DNA of 63,545 nt, counting the filler, from Octopus bimaculoides (Eukaryota): the NCBI RefSeq assembly GCF_001194135.2. It is 7 parts of 7 records of this genome, joined end to end, with 100 filler letters (N's around TTAATTAATTAA, not from the genome) between each part and the next. Parts side by side here need not be neighbours in the genome. Positions count along the whole stretch, not along the records: positions 58,553 to 62,391 come from NC_068986.1; positions 62,492 to 63,545 come from NW_026427547.1; 5 more parts are not named here. One strand, given 5' to 3'. The position numbers were made by a program, and so were the translations under genes. Below the pieces are notes generated by a model that was given only the letters and a program-made list of their open reading frames with translations, did no database searches and was not told the DNA's origin. Positions 61,205 to 63,545 of this stretch are shown piece by piece; the first letter of the stretch is position 1; the number at the start of each line of letters is the position of its first letter.

Positions 61205-62564
61205 TAGCAACTAGATGGCACTTGTTACATAGCTATAAAAGACGCGTACACACAGGTAACATCCTTTTTCTCCCACACACTGCCTGCAGCTAGCTACGGT
61301 TTTCTCCATCTCTGTTCCTGCTACAAGACAACTTCTCATTGACTGAATTTTCTTAAAACCTCTTCACCAGTCATGGAATGCGGCAAGACGAAAACATATC
61401 CTTATTCAAATTCCATTCTGTTCTATTGAATGTTAATGTACAAGCTGAGTAAACACTCTCATCCCGGATCAGAATAAATCCCTCATGTACATGAAGTCTT
61501 CACAAATCTCACACGAATTGTTGTTCCTCACTGGATTGATTCTAACAGCTATGGAAGGATGACCAAACATTATATTAAATTAGTGGGATTTTAGCCCGCT
61601 AAAAAATCACATTTTGTTTGTTTGTTTGTTTGTTTGTGTGTGTGTGTGTGTGTGCATAATTTTTGTTCCCTGTCTCACAGAACAATGTGAGGTCTGTTGT
61701 GGTTGCACTGGATTCCTGTTTTTATTGGAGTATTCCACCAGTATTTCTTGTTCTTAAAGACGTGAATACTTGCTGGTTTTGACATGCCTTTGAGGTCTCC
61801 ATCAGAGCAATCCTTCATGCATGATAGCATAGTAAGTAATTTTTGCAACTATATCATGTGCCAGGAAGTATCTCATAGATATTTTGGGGCAGACATACAT
61901 ATGTATGTACATTTATATGTATGATGGGTGAGCACCTATAGCAACTTTGATGCATAAACATCCATTTGTTTGATCAACTAGACAATCTACTCAGTGAATT
62001 AGAATGCAAAGTAACTAAGCACTAATATCCCATTTTCCTTTATTCAAAAATTCTTATCGCTCCTTAAAATTATGGCTTTTAAGTGTTGATTTCTCAGCCC
62101 AAGAATTACAGCATGATGTGCTGCTTGACTGGTCCCCCCTCTCTCTCTCTCTCTTTATATATATATATATGATGATGATGATGATGATCTTTTCTCCCGC
62201 CATGCCTCTGTCTACCCCTCCATCCTCTCTCTCTCTTTCGTAGTTTTTCCTTAAGGTCTTCAGGTTCTGGCTATATATAAATGAGAAACCCATTCTAAAT
62301 TATCTCGCTGACATACTACGACGAAATCTCCAAGATGCAGATAAGATAGAGATTTTTTATTTATTTACGGCCTCAAACATCTCATAATACCNNNNNNNNN
62401 NNNNNNNNNNNNNNNNNNNNNNNNNNNNNNNNNNNTTAATTAATTAANNNNNNNNNNNNNNNNNNNNNNNNNNNNNNNNNNNNNNNNNNNNTATATATAT
62501 ATATATATAGGCATGCACACACACACAAACATACAAGGTGTTCAGGGTGCGTATATAATTAAAT

Positions 62565-62957
62565 ATATGCACCCGTACAAATGCAGTAATACCTGGCAGT
62601 ATGGGTTTAATTCGTTCCCTTACCGAGCTCATCTTACGATTTACTCGTTTTACAAATCAATTTTTATCATTGAATTTAACTAAAGTATAATTAATCCGTT
62701 CCAGCCCCACAAAAACACTCAAAAATAACTTTTTATGGGTTTTAATTCAGAAAAGGTGTTGTTACAGGTAAATTGACAATTATAAAAAAAAAGAGAAAGC
62801 AAAAAAATATGTAAACTGGTTTTATTAACAGAATTACCTTAAAGTTGAGACGATTTGTGTGCCCGTACTGCGGATTTCTACTCGTACTTTAAGGCAAAAA
62901 TTCGCACGCGTCTCGGTTCGTACAATGGTGCACTCGTACTGCGAGGTTCCACTGTAT
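62565..62957. mobile_element. Tc1/mariner (Tigger-like) MITE fragment
   Basis: Ends in cgaggttccactgta, a Tc1-type terminus followed by TA. Confidence 0.5.
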
Positions 62958-63545
62958 ATGCATGTATGCATGTGCATGTATCTGTATGTATATATGTATA
63001 TTTATATACATATATGTATGTGTTTATGTATATATATATTTATGTGTGTGTGCATATGTATATGCATGTGTATGTATATGTGCATGTATCTAGTCTTATT
63101 ACTTCCACCATTTGGTTACAGTTAATTCATTATCATACTATATACATTTGCGCACGATTATGTATGTGTAATAAAGCACTGAATGGAAAAGCATACATGT
63201 ATTCACGCGTGTTTGCGTGTGTATATCCACATGTACGTCTATATAAGTGTACGTATGCACAAGTGTAAATTAACGTATTTATGTTTGTATGTTCAGGCGC
63301 CTGTCAATTTGCTTACATATATACATGAGTATGTACTATGCGGCAATGCGTTTGTATATATTCGTGCGTTTATGAAGGGAAATGAGTATGCATATATTTA
63401 TGTATTTTTGTCTGTCTACATATGTATATGTGTACGTGTACGCTTTTAAATATATATAAGAGTGTGTACAGGCTTGATTACTCTACTCCATAAAACACTA
63501 CCAATCCCCCACGCCTATTACGCACTGATTCGTATCTTCTACAGA

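Noticed and set aside
58893-61600. Paired LTRs around the Gypsy fragment
   Set aside because: Identity is limited to 36 bp; no convincing PBS or polypurine tract

Overview
AT-rich, microsatellite-dense animal DNA. The SINE families and short, effector-less C2H2 genes suggest a coleoid cephalopod, probably Octopus (inference). The window is not contiguous: six 100-bp spacers (44 N + TTAATTAATTAA + 44 N) join seven separate scaffolds (1-14620, 14721-17859, 17960-24433, 24534-51871, 51972-58452, 58553-62391, 62492-63545), so neighbourhood across spacers is uninformative. Host genes: seven minus-strand exons of an axonemal dynein heavy chain (DNAH6-like, AAA1-AAA2), two C2H2 zinc-finger genes and a decayed zinc-finger relic. 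The rest is mobile DNA: Tx1/L1-like, RTE, CR1, CRE-like and NeSL/HERO-like LINE pieces, Penelope-like pieces, a Gypsy fragment, SINEs and MITEs. Best leads: an intact minimal type I hammerhead ribozyme at 14739-14807 plus smaller and variant hammerhead-like motifs; a head-to-tail array of three 5'-intact, RT-less Tx1-like elements (40.0-46.7 kb); a 260-bp spacer-less LINE palindrome; a Gypsy cassette flanked by exact 36-bp direct repeats; and a zinc-finger array apparently cut short next to a CR1 insertion. All alignments and folds were done by eye; no database searches were run.
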